Shown here: piece by piece, positions 1 through 8,564 of the stretch
Layout: every line of letters begins with the position of its first letter
Numbering within the stretch: the first letter of the stretch is position 1
From: Bdellovibrionota bacterium
GTDB lineage: Bacteria; Bdellovibrionota_C; UBA2361
NCBI GenBank assembly: GCA_044352465.1
Contig: JBILDU010000064.1
Span: 1 to 17,804, forward strand
Direction: 5' to 3'
Length of the DNA: 17,804 nt
Made by a program: the position numbers and the translations under genes
The notes under the pieces: generated by a model
Databases searched by the model: none
Told to the model about the DNA's origin: nothing
The model's input: only the letters and a program-made list of their open reading frames with translations

Positions 1-118
1 CTGTGCCGGCGAGGGTGCCGTGCGACAACATTCGCGCAAGGTTTGTCACAACCCCGAAATTATCGGCGCGGTACCACGACAAGATCTCCTTCACTCGGGG
101 GGTCACTCGGGGGGACAT
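1..118 (-). CDS. fbaB: Class I fructose-bisphosphate aldolase (DhnA/FbaB type), 5' fragment running off the left edge
   Basis: Manual translation from ATG at 118: MSPRVTPRVKEILSWYRADNFGVVTNLARMLSHGTLAGT(G). This resembles the recalled N-terminus of bacterial class I FBAs (..VKxILxxYxxDNxGxxxNLARxLxxGxLxGTG). A strong SD (TAAGGAG, plus-strand 126-132) lies 7 nt upstream. Not in the ORF track; only 39 codons are visible. Confidence 0.8.
   Translation of the reverse strand, partial: MSPRVTPRVKEILSWYRADNFGVVTNLARMLSHGTLAGT
91..114. repeat. Perfect 12-bp tandem duplication (TCACTCGGGGGG x2)
   Basis: 91-102 and 103-114 are identical. The duplication is in-frame within the aldolase start and encodes SPRV/TPRV. 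Confidence 0.9.
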
Positions 119-196
119 ACGCGATTCTCCTTAATGTTTTTCCCTCGAAGAGCCGACCGTACTGTAGAGCCGAGTCGGCGGGAACGGGACTTGAGT

Positions 197-1084
197 ATGT
201 TCAATAGTTTCGGGCTTGTAAAGGAAAACTTGGGGCGGCGCAGCACGCTCTCGGGCTGGTTATCGCTCGGTTTTGTGGCGCTTTTGTTGGGTTTTAGCCC
301 GGCATTCGCCGACGAGCCGGTAGCCGACGAGCCACGTGCGCGGTTATCAGCGGACCCAACGGTAACGCCGGTTACCCTATCGCCGATCGACCTCGCGGGG
401 GGCGCCAAGCTGACACTCATTTCACCAAAGGCGTGGGAACCCCTAGCCCACCGAATCTCCCGTGATATTAAGGACGCGCACCAGTACTTCACCCACATCT
501 TCGGTGAGATTCCTCCCTTTGAAACATCGGTACGACTGCTTGAGCAGAAGACGTTCTACGCCCTGACCGGTGCACCCACCTGGACGAACGCGATGTTTTA
601 TCGGGGACAGATAATCATTCCCCTGTCCACCTCTGAGCCGATCGATTACGAGAACATCTATCGCTCTGTGCGCCACGAATTCTCACACGCGGTCAACGGT
701 GCGCTGACGCGGAATCGGTGTATCGGCTGGTTGGATGAGGGTCTCGCTCAACTTGAGGAGGGACCGGAGAACCCCTTGCTCCTCCAAGCACTCAAGGATT
801 GGATGAGAGACAACCGTCCGGTGCCGTTCCGACTGCTTCAAGGGGGGTTTACGAAACTCGACACCGCGATGGTGCCAGCTGCGTATGCGCAATCGTTAGT
901 GGCGGCAAACTCGCTCGTCCGTGGCTTCGGATACGGCAGGCTACGCCGGTACTTCGACGCACTTCGGGATGGTGCCGATAAATCGGATGCGTTCCGCGAG
1001 AGTTTCGGCCTCTCTGAGGCGGTCTTTGAGCAGCGCCTCGGTCGAAAAATAACCGAACTCACCCACATGCGGGCCCATCGGTAG
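197..1084 (+). CDS. Secreted zinc metallopeptidase, peptidase MA-like/gluzincin-type domain
   Basis: HEFSH (674-688) is followed by WLDEGLA with the third-ligand Glu at 737-739. C-terminal AYAQS..FG..L..F..AF..FG pattern is typical of peptidase MA-like proteins. Signal peptide RRSTL..LGFVALLLGFSPAFA|DEP. Start is probably ATG197 or TTG230 (AAGGA upstream), not 20. Confidence 0.8.
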   Translation: MFNSFGLVKENLGRRSTLSGWLSLGFVALLLGFSPAFADEPVADEPRARLSADPTVTPVTLSPIDLAGGAKLTLISPKAWEPLAHRISRDIKDAHQYFTHIFGEIPPFETSVRLLEQKTFYALTGAPTWTNAMFYRGQIIIPLSTSEPIDYENIYRSVRHEFSHAVNGALTRNRCIGWLDEGLAQLEEGPENPLLLQALKDWMRDNRPVPFRLLQGGFTKLDTAMVPAAYAQSLVAANSLVRGFGYGRLRRYFDALRDGADKSDAFRESFGLSEAVFEQRLGRKITELTHMRAHR

Positions 1085-1090
1085 TTCAAT

Positions 1091-1123
1091 TCAGGCCTCA
1101 GAGCGAGGCGCTCCCAGGCCTGA
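1091..1123. terminator. Hairpin between convergent genes, possible bidirectional terminator
   Basis: TCAGGCCT(1091-98)-CA-GAGCG-AGG-CGCTC-CC-AGGCCTGA(1116-23) gives a 13-bp interrupted stem. There is no clear U-tract on either strand. Confidence 0.5.
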
Positions 1124-1130
1124 GGACTCG

Positions 1131-2255
1131 CTATAGGCGGTTGCCGAGCGGCTCAGCATATCCGGTCATCTCAAGATACCCCACCGCCTCCCGGTCGTCG
1201 CTCCGAACCGCGCCTTCGTAGTAGGCGATCCCATCCTCCCCCTTTGCCGCCACCTCTTGATCGGGCATCAGGCTCTTAATGGTAGTGTTAATACCGAAAT
1301 CCGCCACCTTAAGCCGAAAGGCGATGGGATAAGCCCCGCCGCTCCGTGGGCTCTTCCACGGCTCGCCAAGGGGTGTCATCACGATCTGGTCCGCTCGAAG
1401 AGAATTGGTGACGCCGGCGCGACGAACCGTACCGGAAAGAAACGGGGGGGACCCATCCGCTGTGCGGATACGAAACAACATAAGGTCCGTACCATCCTTG
1501 AACATCAGACTCACCCAGTCCCAACCGACCTGGTTCGATTCGAGTGCGTTCGACATGTATTCATGATCCATCCACGCGATGCCACGCACAGATACCGGCG
1601 TGCCTCGATCAACGACATGACCACGGATCTCAATTCGGGGGACCGAGTAATACATCGATGCGCAACTCGCGCACCCGCTCTTGCGGCTAAAGCCCCCCTC
1701 TCCGTTGAGGATGGGCGGTGCGTCGGTGCCGAGGAAACGGAACTCAAGCTCCGGGGCGAGGGCGGGCAAACTAAATCTCAGCAAATGCTCCCCCGCGACG
1801 AGCTCCGCGCTCCAATCGAGGTTTCGCACGTCCAAACGCCCGCGCGCTGCTCGCGCAAATCCAAGCCGCTCCGGGGCGAGCCGACTATCCGACACGAAAC
1901 GCCCCGCGCCGATATCTGAGAACGCAGCATGAGCGAGGTAAATCTGCGCTACCGAGCCATCATTGGAGGCCACTCCCCGCCGAAAGAATGTCAGCTGAAA
2001 TCCATACCGACGATCACTTGAGAAGAGGTCCTCCCCCTCCGGCACCAGGTGGCCGGTGTAGTACCACCATTCGGTTTCATATTCCGGATGAACACCGTGA
2101 TCGTTAGGCAGCGTGACAACAGCACCGGGGATCGCCGGCGTAAAGCGGTGCGCCGACTCTCCCACCGCAACGTTCGTCACAAAGAGAAGTGGCGTAAACG
2201 CAGCTACGAACACCCTCAGCGACCACCAAGGTCCCACTAGTCCTTTTCTACTCAT
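1131..2255 (-). CDS. Secreted AttH-like / lipocalin-like protein (CrtC-like N-terminal family, 'predicted secreted hydrolase')
   Basis: Motifs PxDHGxHPxYxTEWWYYTGHL, YGFQLTFFR, YLAHAA, AWMDHE, GWDWxSL, YYEG and GYLEMTGY; hydrophobic N-terminus. Start is ATG2255 (or GTG2261), overlapping the permease stop. Confidence 0.85.
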   Translation of the reverse strand: MSRKGLVGPWWSLRVFVAAFTPLLFVTNVAVGESAHRFTPAIPGAVVTLPNDHGVHPEYETEWWYYTGHLVPEGEDLFSSDRRYGFQLTFFRRGVASNDGSVAQIYLAHAAFSDIGAGRFVSDSRLAPERLGFARAARGRLDVRNLDWSAELVAGEHLLRFSLPALAPELEFRFLGTDAPPILNGEGGFSRKSGCASCASMYYSVPRIEIRGHVVDRGTPVSVRGIAWMDHEYMSNALESNQVGWDWVSLMFKDGTDLMLFRIRTADGSPPFLSGTVRRAGVTNSLRADQIVMTPLGEPWKSPRSGGAYPIAFRLKVADFGINTTIKSLMPDQEVAAKGEDGIAYYEGAVRSDDREAVGYLEMTGYAEPLGNRL

Positions 2256-4755
2256 CCTCACACCCCTTCTCGCTTACACCAACCTCCGGCCGAATAGCCA
2301 CCACGGCGGCGGCGCAAACCGTACTGATGAGCACCACTGCCACAGGGCCGGCATACCCCGCCACTGTCGGACGAAAATCTAACGTCCAGCCAAAGGAGAG
2401 CGGGTTCACGAGGCAAATCAAGATGAGCGCGAGTGCCGTGCCCCCGAGGAGCCCGAGCGTTACCGCCGGCGCAACCAATAGCACGCCCTCCACAAACACG
2501 CCCCAGCGGAGCCCGCGCCGAGAGAGCCCCAACGTTTTGAGAGTCTGAATATCACGGCGGCGTTCAGTGTGGAGCTGCATCACGGTGAGAATAAAACCGA
2601 GGGCGCAAATAATCACGACGATAAATCGCATCAGGTCGGTGATCTGAAACGTTTGGTCGAATATCGAGAGTATCGTTGCGCGAAGCTCATCGTTGTGTTG
2701 GACCGTAATCTCGCCCCCCACCGACGAGTCCAAAAGTCCTCGGCGAACCCCGTCGATAAGTTCGGGGCGCTCGACATGGATCGCGGCAGAGGTCAGCGCC
2801 GTAACGCCAAAAAGCCTCCGGAATCGCTCGAGCTCGAACAGTATCACCCCGTGTTCCGAGCTGTAATCCTTGTATATCGCCACAACCCTTGCTCGGACTG
2901 CACCGATCGAGACCGTTCCGCCTACCCCGACCTGGAGCTTCCGGGCGGCGGCTTCGCTAACGATCACTGAGTCCGTTGACGCAAGGACGAGCGGGTCGAG
3001 CACCCCAGCGATACACCGGAATACCCTCCCGTGGGCCGGGAGGGTGAAGTCGTGCCCTCCGACCGTCATCGAGCCGAGAGGTGATGAGTGTTCAAACGAG
3101 GCGAACCGAACCACCGAGGATACTCCGGGGAACCGCGCGACTGTGCTCTCAAAGTCCTCCGGAAGGCGCGCCGGGCGATCAATCGAGCCAACAGCGATAG
3201 GGCGCACGAAGAGGTCGGCTCGGATGGTGTAGCCGATCCAGTCGGTGAGGGTTGCGCGGAAACTCGACACCATCACGCCGAGGCCGATAAGGAGCGAAAG
3301 CCCCACTGCGCTCGTAGCGACAGCGACCCCGACAACCCGCACCCCGGCTGTAACGTTCGCCGCACCCAACAGCCCCGCCACCCCCAGACGCGCAGCGAGA
3401 ACCGGACGAGCCGCCCGGGCGAGCCGATCAAGAAGTGGCCACGCCGCACCAACGAGTACACCGACGGTACCGAACGCCGCCAGGTGGGCAAGCGCTGGGG
3501 AGTTAAACCGAGGAGCGAGCAGCGTTCCTAAGACCGCAAGAGCGAGCGCCCCCAGCGCGCCAGCTAGATACCGACCAAACCCGTGGGGAACAGCTTGAAT
3601 ACCAGCCCTCGAGACGAGCCCCGGAGAGGTCTGAGCTGCCCGAAGAGATGGCACCGCGGCCCCCAAAAGACACAACCCGACCCCGCCCATCAGGGCGAGA
3701 GGCAGGATCTCAAAAAGGGGGCGGCCCCACAGGTCGGCGGGCGGCTTGCCTCCAGAATAAAGGGCCGCGACCGATTGTAAGAACAGCGTGGCGCACCATT
3801 CGGTAAGCGGACGTCCCAGAGTAAGCCCTACCAACGTCCCAAGACCACCGAGAATCGTCGCCTCGGCAAGGACCACTGCACCGAGCTGCGGACGGCTAAA
3901 ACCGAGAGTTCGGAGAACCGCAAGTTCACGGTGGAGGGCTGAGACGGTAAGCTGCGAGGCCCCAAATACGACGAAGGCGCACACCAACATCGTCATCACG
4001 ACCAAAACTCCGATATTGAGACGAAACGCCTCGAATAGCCGCTCAGCCTGCTCACTCCGCTGCTGCGGATTGGAGAGAAAAAATCGTGAATTAAGCCCCC
4101 GCAGCGTAACCTCGAGGGCGGCGAAATCCGCCAGGGGCGCTTCGCTACGGGGGTAGAGCTTGATCGCGTGCACGCCGGAGCGCTCAGGGAGCGCGGTCAA
4201 CGTGGTGACGAGGACATCGCCCACCACCCCCCTGCGCCGCTCCGGAGGGGTTGTGGCGATCGGCAATGCGACGACAGCTCCAGCGATCGCGACGGAGCCG
4301 AGCTCGCCCTCCTGAAGCCCTAAGGCAGCAAGGGTTGTCGAAGTCCCCCACCAACGCTCCTCACCTCCCCCCTCGGTCTTCGAATAAAAATCCTCAAAGC
4401 TGAACGGGTCGATGGCGATGACCGAAACCGAACGGTCTCCCACCGTGCCCCGCCCCTCCCAAAACGGTATCACCTCAAAATGATGGCGTAGTTCTCCGTA
4501 CAGTGGATCAAGTTCGGAGACTTGAAACAAACCTCCGCGAGCCCGAATCTCAACGGCGTCCTCCCCACTGAGACCGACGATCGAACTCTGAAAGGAACGG
4601 ACACTTGCGTCGCTCGCATAGAGAACCGCGACGAGAACCGCAACGCCGAGAGCGACGGCGGCGAGGAGGAGCGCCGCCCGCGAGCGCTCGTGCATAAGCC
4701 GACGAACGCCGTGGGTGAGCAGAAGATGGGCGACTCCGCGGCTCGAGCGACTCAC
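2248..4755 (-). CDS. ABC transporter permease, duplicated FtsX/MacB-type (AttF/G-like)
   Basis: 835 aa with two repeats of TM - periplasmic domain - 3TM, each containing a RELAVLRTLG / RDIQTLKTLG motif, and a C-terminal VNPLSFGWT. GTGA overlap with the ATPase stop. Confidence 0.9.
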   Translation of the reverse strand: MSRSSRGVAHLLLTHGVRRLMHERSRAALLLAAVALGVAVLVAVLYASDASVRSFQSSIVGLSGEDAVEIRARGGLFQVSELDPLYGELRHHFEVIPFWEGRGTVGDRSVSVIAIDPFSFEDFYSKTEGGGEERWWGTSTTLAALGLQEGELGSVAIAGAVVALPIATTPPERRRGVVGDVLVTTLTALPERSGVHAIKLYPRSEAPLADFAALEVTLRGLNSRFFLSNPQQRSEQAERLFEAFRLNIGVLVVMTMLVCAFVVFGASQLTVSALHRELAVLRTLGFSRPQLGAVVLAEATILGGLGTLVGLTLGRPLTEWCATLFLQSVAALYSGGKPPADLWGRPLFEILPLALMGGVGLCLLGAAVPSLRAAQTSPGLVSRAGIQAVPHGFGRYLAGALGALALAVLGTLLAPRFNSPALAHLAAFGTVGVLVGAAWPLLDRLARAARPVLAARLGVAGLLGAANVTAGVRVVGVAVATSAVGLSLLIGLGVMVSSFRATLTDWIGYTIRADLFVRPIAVGSIDRPARLPEDFESTVARFPGVSSVVRFASFEHSSPLGSMTVGGHDFTLPAHGRVFRCIAGVLDPLVLASTDSVIVSEAAARKLQVGVGGTVSIGAVRARVVAIYKDYSSEHGVILFELERFRRLFGVTALTSAAIHVERPELIDGVRRGLLDSSVGGEITVQHNDELRATILSIFDQTFQITDLMRFIVVIICALGFILTVMQLHTERRRDIQTLKTLGLSRRGLRWGVFVEGVLLVAPAVTLGLLGGTALALILICLVNPLSFGWTLDFRPTVAGYAGPVAVVLISTVCAAAVVAIRPEVGVSEKGCEDE

Positions 4756-5414
4756 GCGACGACCCTACCATCACGGAGCTCAAGCACCCGGTCACATACG
4801 CCGATCGCGGCGGCACTGTGGGTAGCCATAATAACTGTACACCCATCCGCCGCGAGCTCCCGCAATATCGCGAGTACCGCCTCGCCGTTCGCCGAATCGA
4901 GATTGCCGGTCGGCTCGTCAGCAACGACGAGTTGGGGGCGATGAACGATCGCCCGAGCGATCGCCACCCGTTGCATCTCACCACCCGACAACTCGAACGG
5001 AAGGTGGAGCCGTCGGTGATGCACCCCCAGGCGCTGAAGCGCGGCGTCCGCTTCGGTAAGCGCTTGGTGGTAATCCCAGCCCTGCAGAAGAAGGCTGACC
5101 GCGACGTTCTCGCGAGCGGTAAGCGCGGCTATAAGATTGAAAGCCTGAAAAATATAGCCCACCACCTCACGCCGATGAGCGACGAGCATAGACTCCCGGG
5201 CGAAATCGATCGGACCACGACCCAGGTCGACCGTCCCGGTCGTCGGAGCGTCGGTGAGTCCGATGATATTCAGGAGGGTGCTCTTACCGCTTCCCGACGG
5301 TCCGGTGATAGCGACAAACTCGCCCGGCGCAAACTGCACCGACAGTGGACGAAGCGCCACTATCGAAACTGAGCCGCGCACAAAGCTACGGGATATGTCG
5401 CAAAGTGTGACCAT
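4752..5414 (-). CDS. ABC transporter ATP-binding protein (LolD/MacB/AttE-like)
   Basis: Walker A GPSGSGKS, Q-loop FQAFNL, signature LSGGEMQRV, Walker B VVADEPTGNLD, H-loop ATH. Confidence 0.95.
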   Translation of the reverse strand: MVTLCDISRSFVRGSVSIVALRPLSVQFAPGEFVAITGPSGSGKSTLLNIIGLTDAPTTGTVDLGRGPIDFARESMLVAHRREVVGYIFQAFNLIAALTARENVAVSLLLQGWDYHQALTEADAALQRLGVHHRRLHLPFELSGGEMQRVAIARAIVHRPQLVVADEPTGNLDSANGEAVLAILRELAADGCTVIMATHSAAAIGVCDRVLELRDGRVVA

Positions 5415-5499
5415 CGTTCGAACGGCTCCAAGACACCGGCGCGTTGAGCACTGGCTGAGCGAAAATTAACCCAAGGCGAAGTACACTGTCAGGCTTGAG

Positions 5500-6657
5500 C
5501 TAATCCTTAAGCAGCTCGCGGGCGATGACCACACGCTGGATTTGGCTCGTCCCCTCGTAGATCTGCATCAGCTTGGCGTCGCGCATCAACTTCTCGACCG
5601 GATAATCTTTGGTATACCCATACCCACCGAAGATCTGCACCGCGTCAGTGGTCACCCGCATCGCCATGTCCGCCGCCACCCGCTTACCCATGCTCGACAT
5701 CAGCGTTGCATCGAGCTTCGCGTCGAGCATCGCCGCCGAACGCATCACCAAAAGGCGCGCGGACTCAATCTCAGTAGCCATGTCGGCCAGCATAAACTGG
5801 ACACCCTGAAATTTCCCGATCGGCTGCCCGAACTGCTTTCGCTCCTTGGCGTAGCGCACCGCATGTTCGAACGCCGCTCGGGCGATGCCGACGGCGAGGA
5901 TCGCCGTCATCGGTCGGGTGAGATCGAGGGTCCGCATCGCGATTGAGAAACCCTCCCCCGGTGCGCCGATCATATTCGCCTTGGGGACACGAACGTTCTC
6001 AAACGTAATCGGAACCGTGTTGGAGCAACGCTGCCCCATCTTCCGCTCGTGCGCCCCCCGGCGAATCCCCGGCGTATCCCCTGGGACTACGAGACAGCAG
6101 ATGCCTTTGTGTTTCTTCGCTCGATCGATGGTTGCGAAGACGGTAAACTGCCGCGCGATCCCACCGTTGGTAATCCACTGCTTGGAGCCGTTAATGACAT
6201 AGCTATCCCCATCATCGACCACTGTCGTTGCGAGCCCACCAGCGTCCGAACCCGCGCCCGGTTCCGAGAGGCAAAACGACACCATCGCCCCCGATTGAGC
6301 TATCGGGCGGATAAAGGCCTCCTTCTGAGCCGGGGTCCCGCCAAGCGCTATCGGCAAAAGCGCGAGGTCGTTCGCGACCATAGAGGTCGTAAAGCCCGCA
6401 CACCCCGCAGCGAGCTCTTCCACCACGAGGCAGGTATCGGTCACCGAAAGTCCGGTGCCTCCCAGTGCTGTATCTTGAGCGAGATTAAGGAGTCCGACCT
6501 GGTGGGCCTTCTTAATAATTGCGTCGGGAAACTCCGCGCTCTCATCGTAGTGCCCCGCTACGGGAACGATCTCGGCCTGCGCGAAGCGACGAGCCTCTAG
6601 CTGAAGCGCTACTTGCTCTTCAGAGAGACCAAAAGTCGCATAGTCGTGTGACCCCAT
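5500..6657 (-). CDS. Acyl-CoA dehydrogenase (short/medium-chain type)
   Basis: [42 protein letters not shown] and [10 protein letters not shown] (catalytic Glu). GGAGG SD upstream. Confidence 0.95.
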   Translation of the reverse strand: MGSHDYATFGLSEEQVALQLEARRFAQAEIVPVAGHYDESAEFPDAIIKKAHQVGLLNLAQDTALGGTGLSVTDTCLVVEELAAGCAGFTTSMVANDLALLPIALGGTPAQKEAFIRPIAQSGAMVSFCLSEPGAGSDAGGLATTVVDDGDSYVINGSKQWITNGGIARQFTVFATIDRAKKHKGICCLVVPGDTPGIRRGAHERKMGQRCSNTVPITFENVRVPKANMIGAPGEGFSIAMRTLDLTRPMTAILAVGIARAAFEHAVRYAKERKQFGQPIGKFQGVQFMLADMATEIESARLLVMRSAAMLDAKLDATLMSSMGKRVAADMAMRVTTDAVQIFGGYGYTKDYPVEKLMRDAKLMQIYEGTSQIQRVVIARELLKD

Positions 6658-6708
6658 TTAAGAACAACCTCCCGAAAAAACTCACCGTAAAATCAAGCGC
6701 TACGAGAC

Positions 6709-6749
6709 AAAAACAAAAGGGGCCGAGAGCCAAACACCCCCGCCCCCTT
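6709..6749 (-). terminator. Rho-independent terminator after iclR
   Basis: Minus strand reads AAGGGGGC-GGGGGU-GUUUG-GCUCUC-G-GCCCC followed by UUUUGUUUUU. A second small hairpin, CGACGC/GCGTCG (6751-6766), precedes it. Confidence 0.75.
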
Positions 6750-6775
6750 CCGACGCGCCTGCGTCGAGGCCGCTC

Positions 6776-7588
6776 CTACTCGGCCAGCTTGCGCTCCTCA
6801 GCCGAGCGGGTGACCTCCTTCTCCATCGAAGCAGCAAGTCCCGTCCTCGTTGCTGACCCGAGTGAAACCGATAAGCCGGTGGCCGCCTCTTCGAGGAGCG
6901 GGACGAGGTTCTCGACCTTCGCCCGATAGAGCGGCGCCAAAATCTCGATAGCCCCCACAACCTCGTTCTTCGCACCGCGGACGATGCGGGACAGCGCTAC
7001 AACGTCAGCCTCCGTGGCGCCGCGATCGATCACCTGACCTGAGTTCCGTAGCTCGTTGAGCTGACTCTTAATAGCAGCGTCTTGGGGGGTATTGGTGGCC
7101 AATATCTCCGCCAAAACAGCGTCGGTAAGTTGGGCGGTTAAAAGACGACCAGCAGCGTTCATCTTGGCCGGGAATGAAACCGCCACCCGCGGAGCAACCT
7201 TTACAGGGCGCTTCGACTCAACGCTTAAAGGGAATTGAACCTGACCGTTCTGTAAGGTGGCGAGGCTCACCGTTTCGCCGGTCTTCTCACTTAAGGAGCG
7301 CAGCACCGGCAGCGCTTTCGCCACGAGCGAGCTCTGCGCTAGATAGGCCTGCCCGAGCTGCAAAGACTTCACTCCAAGGCGGTAATCTTCGGAATCAAAA
7401 TTCTGTTCAACGTAACCACGAAGCTCTAACGTCGCCAGAAGCCGGAAGACGTTGTTCTTGTGAAGCTTTAGGCGCTTCGATAACTCGGTGACCCCAACCT
7501 CTGCCCCGGCCTTCGCAAGCTCCTCAAGGACGTCGAGAGCGTGGGAGACCGACTGGATCATGTAGTTTGCTTTTTCGCGCTTAACCAT
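6776..7588 (-). CDS. IclR family transcriptional regulator
   Basis: HTH region IQSVSHALDVLE..VGVTELSKRLKLHKNNVFRLLATLE.RGYVEQ..YRLG, then TGETV and a C-terminal effector domain. Confidence 0.92.
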   Translation of the reverse strand: MVKREKANYMIQSVSHALDVLEELAKAGAEVGVTELSKRLKLHKNNVFRLLATLELRGYVEQNFDSEDYRLGVKSLQLGQAYLAQSSLVAKALPVLRSLSEKTGETVSLATLQNGQVQFPLSVESKRPVKVAPRVAVSFPAKMNAAGRLLTAQLTDAVLAEILATNTPQDAAIKSQLNELRNSGQVIDRGATEADVVALSRIVRGAKNEVVGAIEILAPLYRAKVENLVPLLEEAATGLSVSLGSATRTGLAASMEKEVTRSAEERKLAE

Positions 7589-7633
7589 AAAGCCCCAAAA
7601 TAAAAGCGGTTACCTGAAAAAAAACATCGCTTG

Positions 7634-7662
7634 AATATAGACAACCGCGGAGGGTCGGGCAA
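7634..7662 (-). promoter_or_regulatory. Sigma70-type promoter for iclR
   Basis: Minus strand TTGCCC (7662-7657), 17-nt spacer, TATATT (7639-7634), about 45 nt upstream of the ATG. Confidence 0.6.
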
Positions 7663-7666
7663 GAAA

Positions 7667-7683
7667 TTGTTTTGCAAAAACAA
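7667..7683. promoter_or_regulatory. Perfect inverted repeat TTGTTTT-N3-AAAACAA just upstream of the iclR -35 (candidate operator or UP element)
   Basis: 7667-7673 and 7677-7683 are exact reverse complements. Confidence 0.4.
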
Positions 7684-7811
7684 AGTGTTGCCTAAACCGA
7701 CCGTTTTAACTTAAAAACAAGGTTCTATTGAGCTTATAGCAGCTCAGCCCGGTTGCAGCAATCGAAGAATTGGGGAGCTCGTAAACACACTCCGCGGGGC
7801 TCGCCTCGATA

Positions 7812-8564
7812 TCACGGGCGGACGATATCTCGGACGGAATAGACCCCCGGCGGGCGCCGGACCAACTCGCGCGCGAGCCTTAACGCGCCGTCCGCAAAGA
7901 CTGAGCGGTCGCGTACCCGGTGAATGAGCTCAAGACGCTCTCCGCTACCAAGAAAGAAAACGGTGTGCTCACCCGGAACGTCCCCTCCCCTTAGCGAAGC
8001 CCCCCCAACCGAGAGCGGCTCTCGCGCGCCACCGGCGGTGCGATCAACTAACCCGGTGCTCCCGGCAAGCGCCTCACCGAGGAGGCGCGCGGTGCCGGAG
8101 GGGGCGTCGAGCTTCGCCCGATGATGGAGCTCGAATATCTCCATATCAAACCCCTCCCCCAGCATTTGAGACGCAGCCCGAGCGAGTTCCCCCAAAACGA
8201 ATACGCCGACTGATGTATTCGGCGCGAAAAGAATCGGGGCCCGGGGCACAACCGTGGAAAGGGCTTCGCGCTGCGCAGGGGTGTGTCCGGTCGTGCCGAG
8301 GAGGAGCGGCACTCCTAAGCTGGAGCACACCTCCACCACCGCTTGGGAGATAGACGGGCTCGAGAAGTCGATGACGATATCCGCCCCGAGGACAGCTTCC
8401 TTAAGATCGGAGGTAACGATGATGTTCGCCCAATCGGCGGCGGGAAGAGCGTCGCGCTTACGGACGAACACGCTCCTAAGCTCACAATCCACCGCACGGG
8501 CGATGGATTCTCGCAACAGGGTGCCCATACGCCCAGAGGCGCCGACAAGACAAACTTTCATCAT
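7812..8564 (-). CDS. dapB: 4-hydroxy-tetrahydrodipicolinate reductase
   Basis: GASGRMG, IDFSSP, GTTG, APNTSVGV, ELHHRAKLDAPSGTA, LRGGDVPGEH. ATGA overlap with the dapA stop. Confidence 0.96.
   Translation of the reverse strand: MMKVCLVGASGRMGTLLRESIARAVDCELRSVFVRKRDALPAADWANIIVTSDLKEAVLGADIVIDFSSPSISQAVVEVCSSLGVPLLLGTTGHTPAQREALSTVVPRAPILFAPNTSVGVFVLGELARAASQMLGEGFDMEIFELHHRAKLDAPSGTARLLGEALAGSTGLVDRTAGGAREPLSVGGASLRGGDVPGEHTVFFLGSGERLELIHRVRDRSVFADGALRLARELVRRPPGVYSVRDIVRP

Noticed and set aside
20..196. N-terminal 59 aa of the 354-aa ORF (including the HSGGHSGGH repeat)
   Set aside because: It overlaps the opposite-strand aldolase start and SD. The His/Gly repeat is just the antisense reading of the 12-bp duplication.
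1257..1919. 220-aa antisense ORF within the AttH-like gene, and the many similar 60-195 aa ORFs in the track
   Set aside because: They lie largely or wholly within well-supported genes, and have low-complexity R/P/S/A composition with no motifs.
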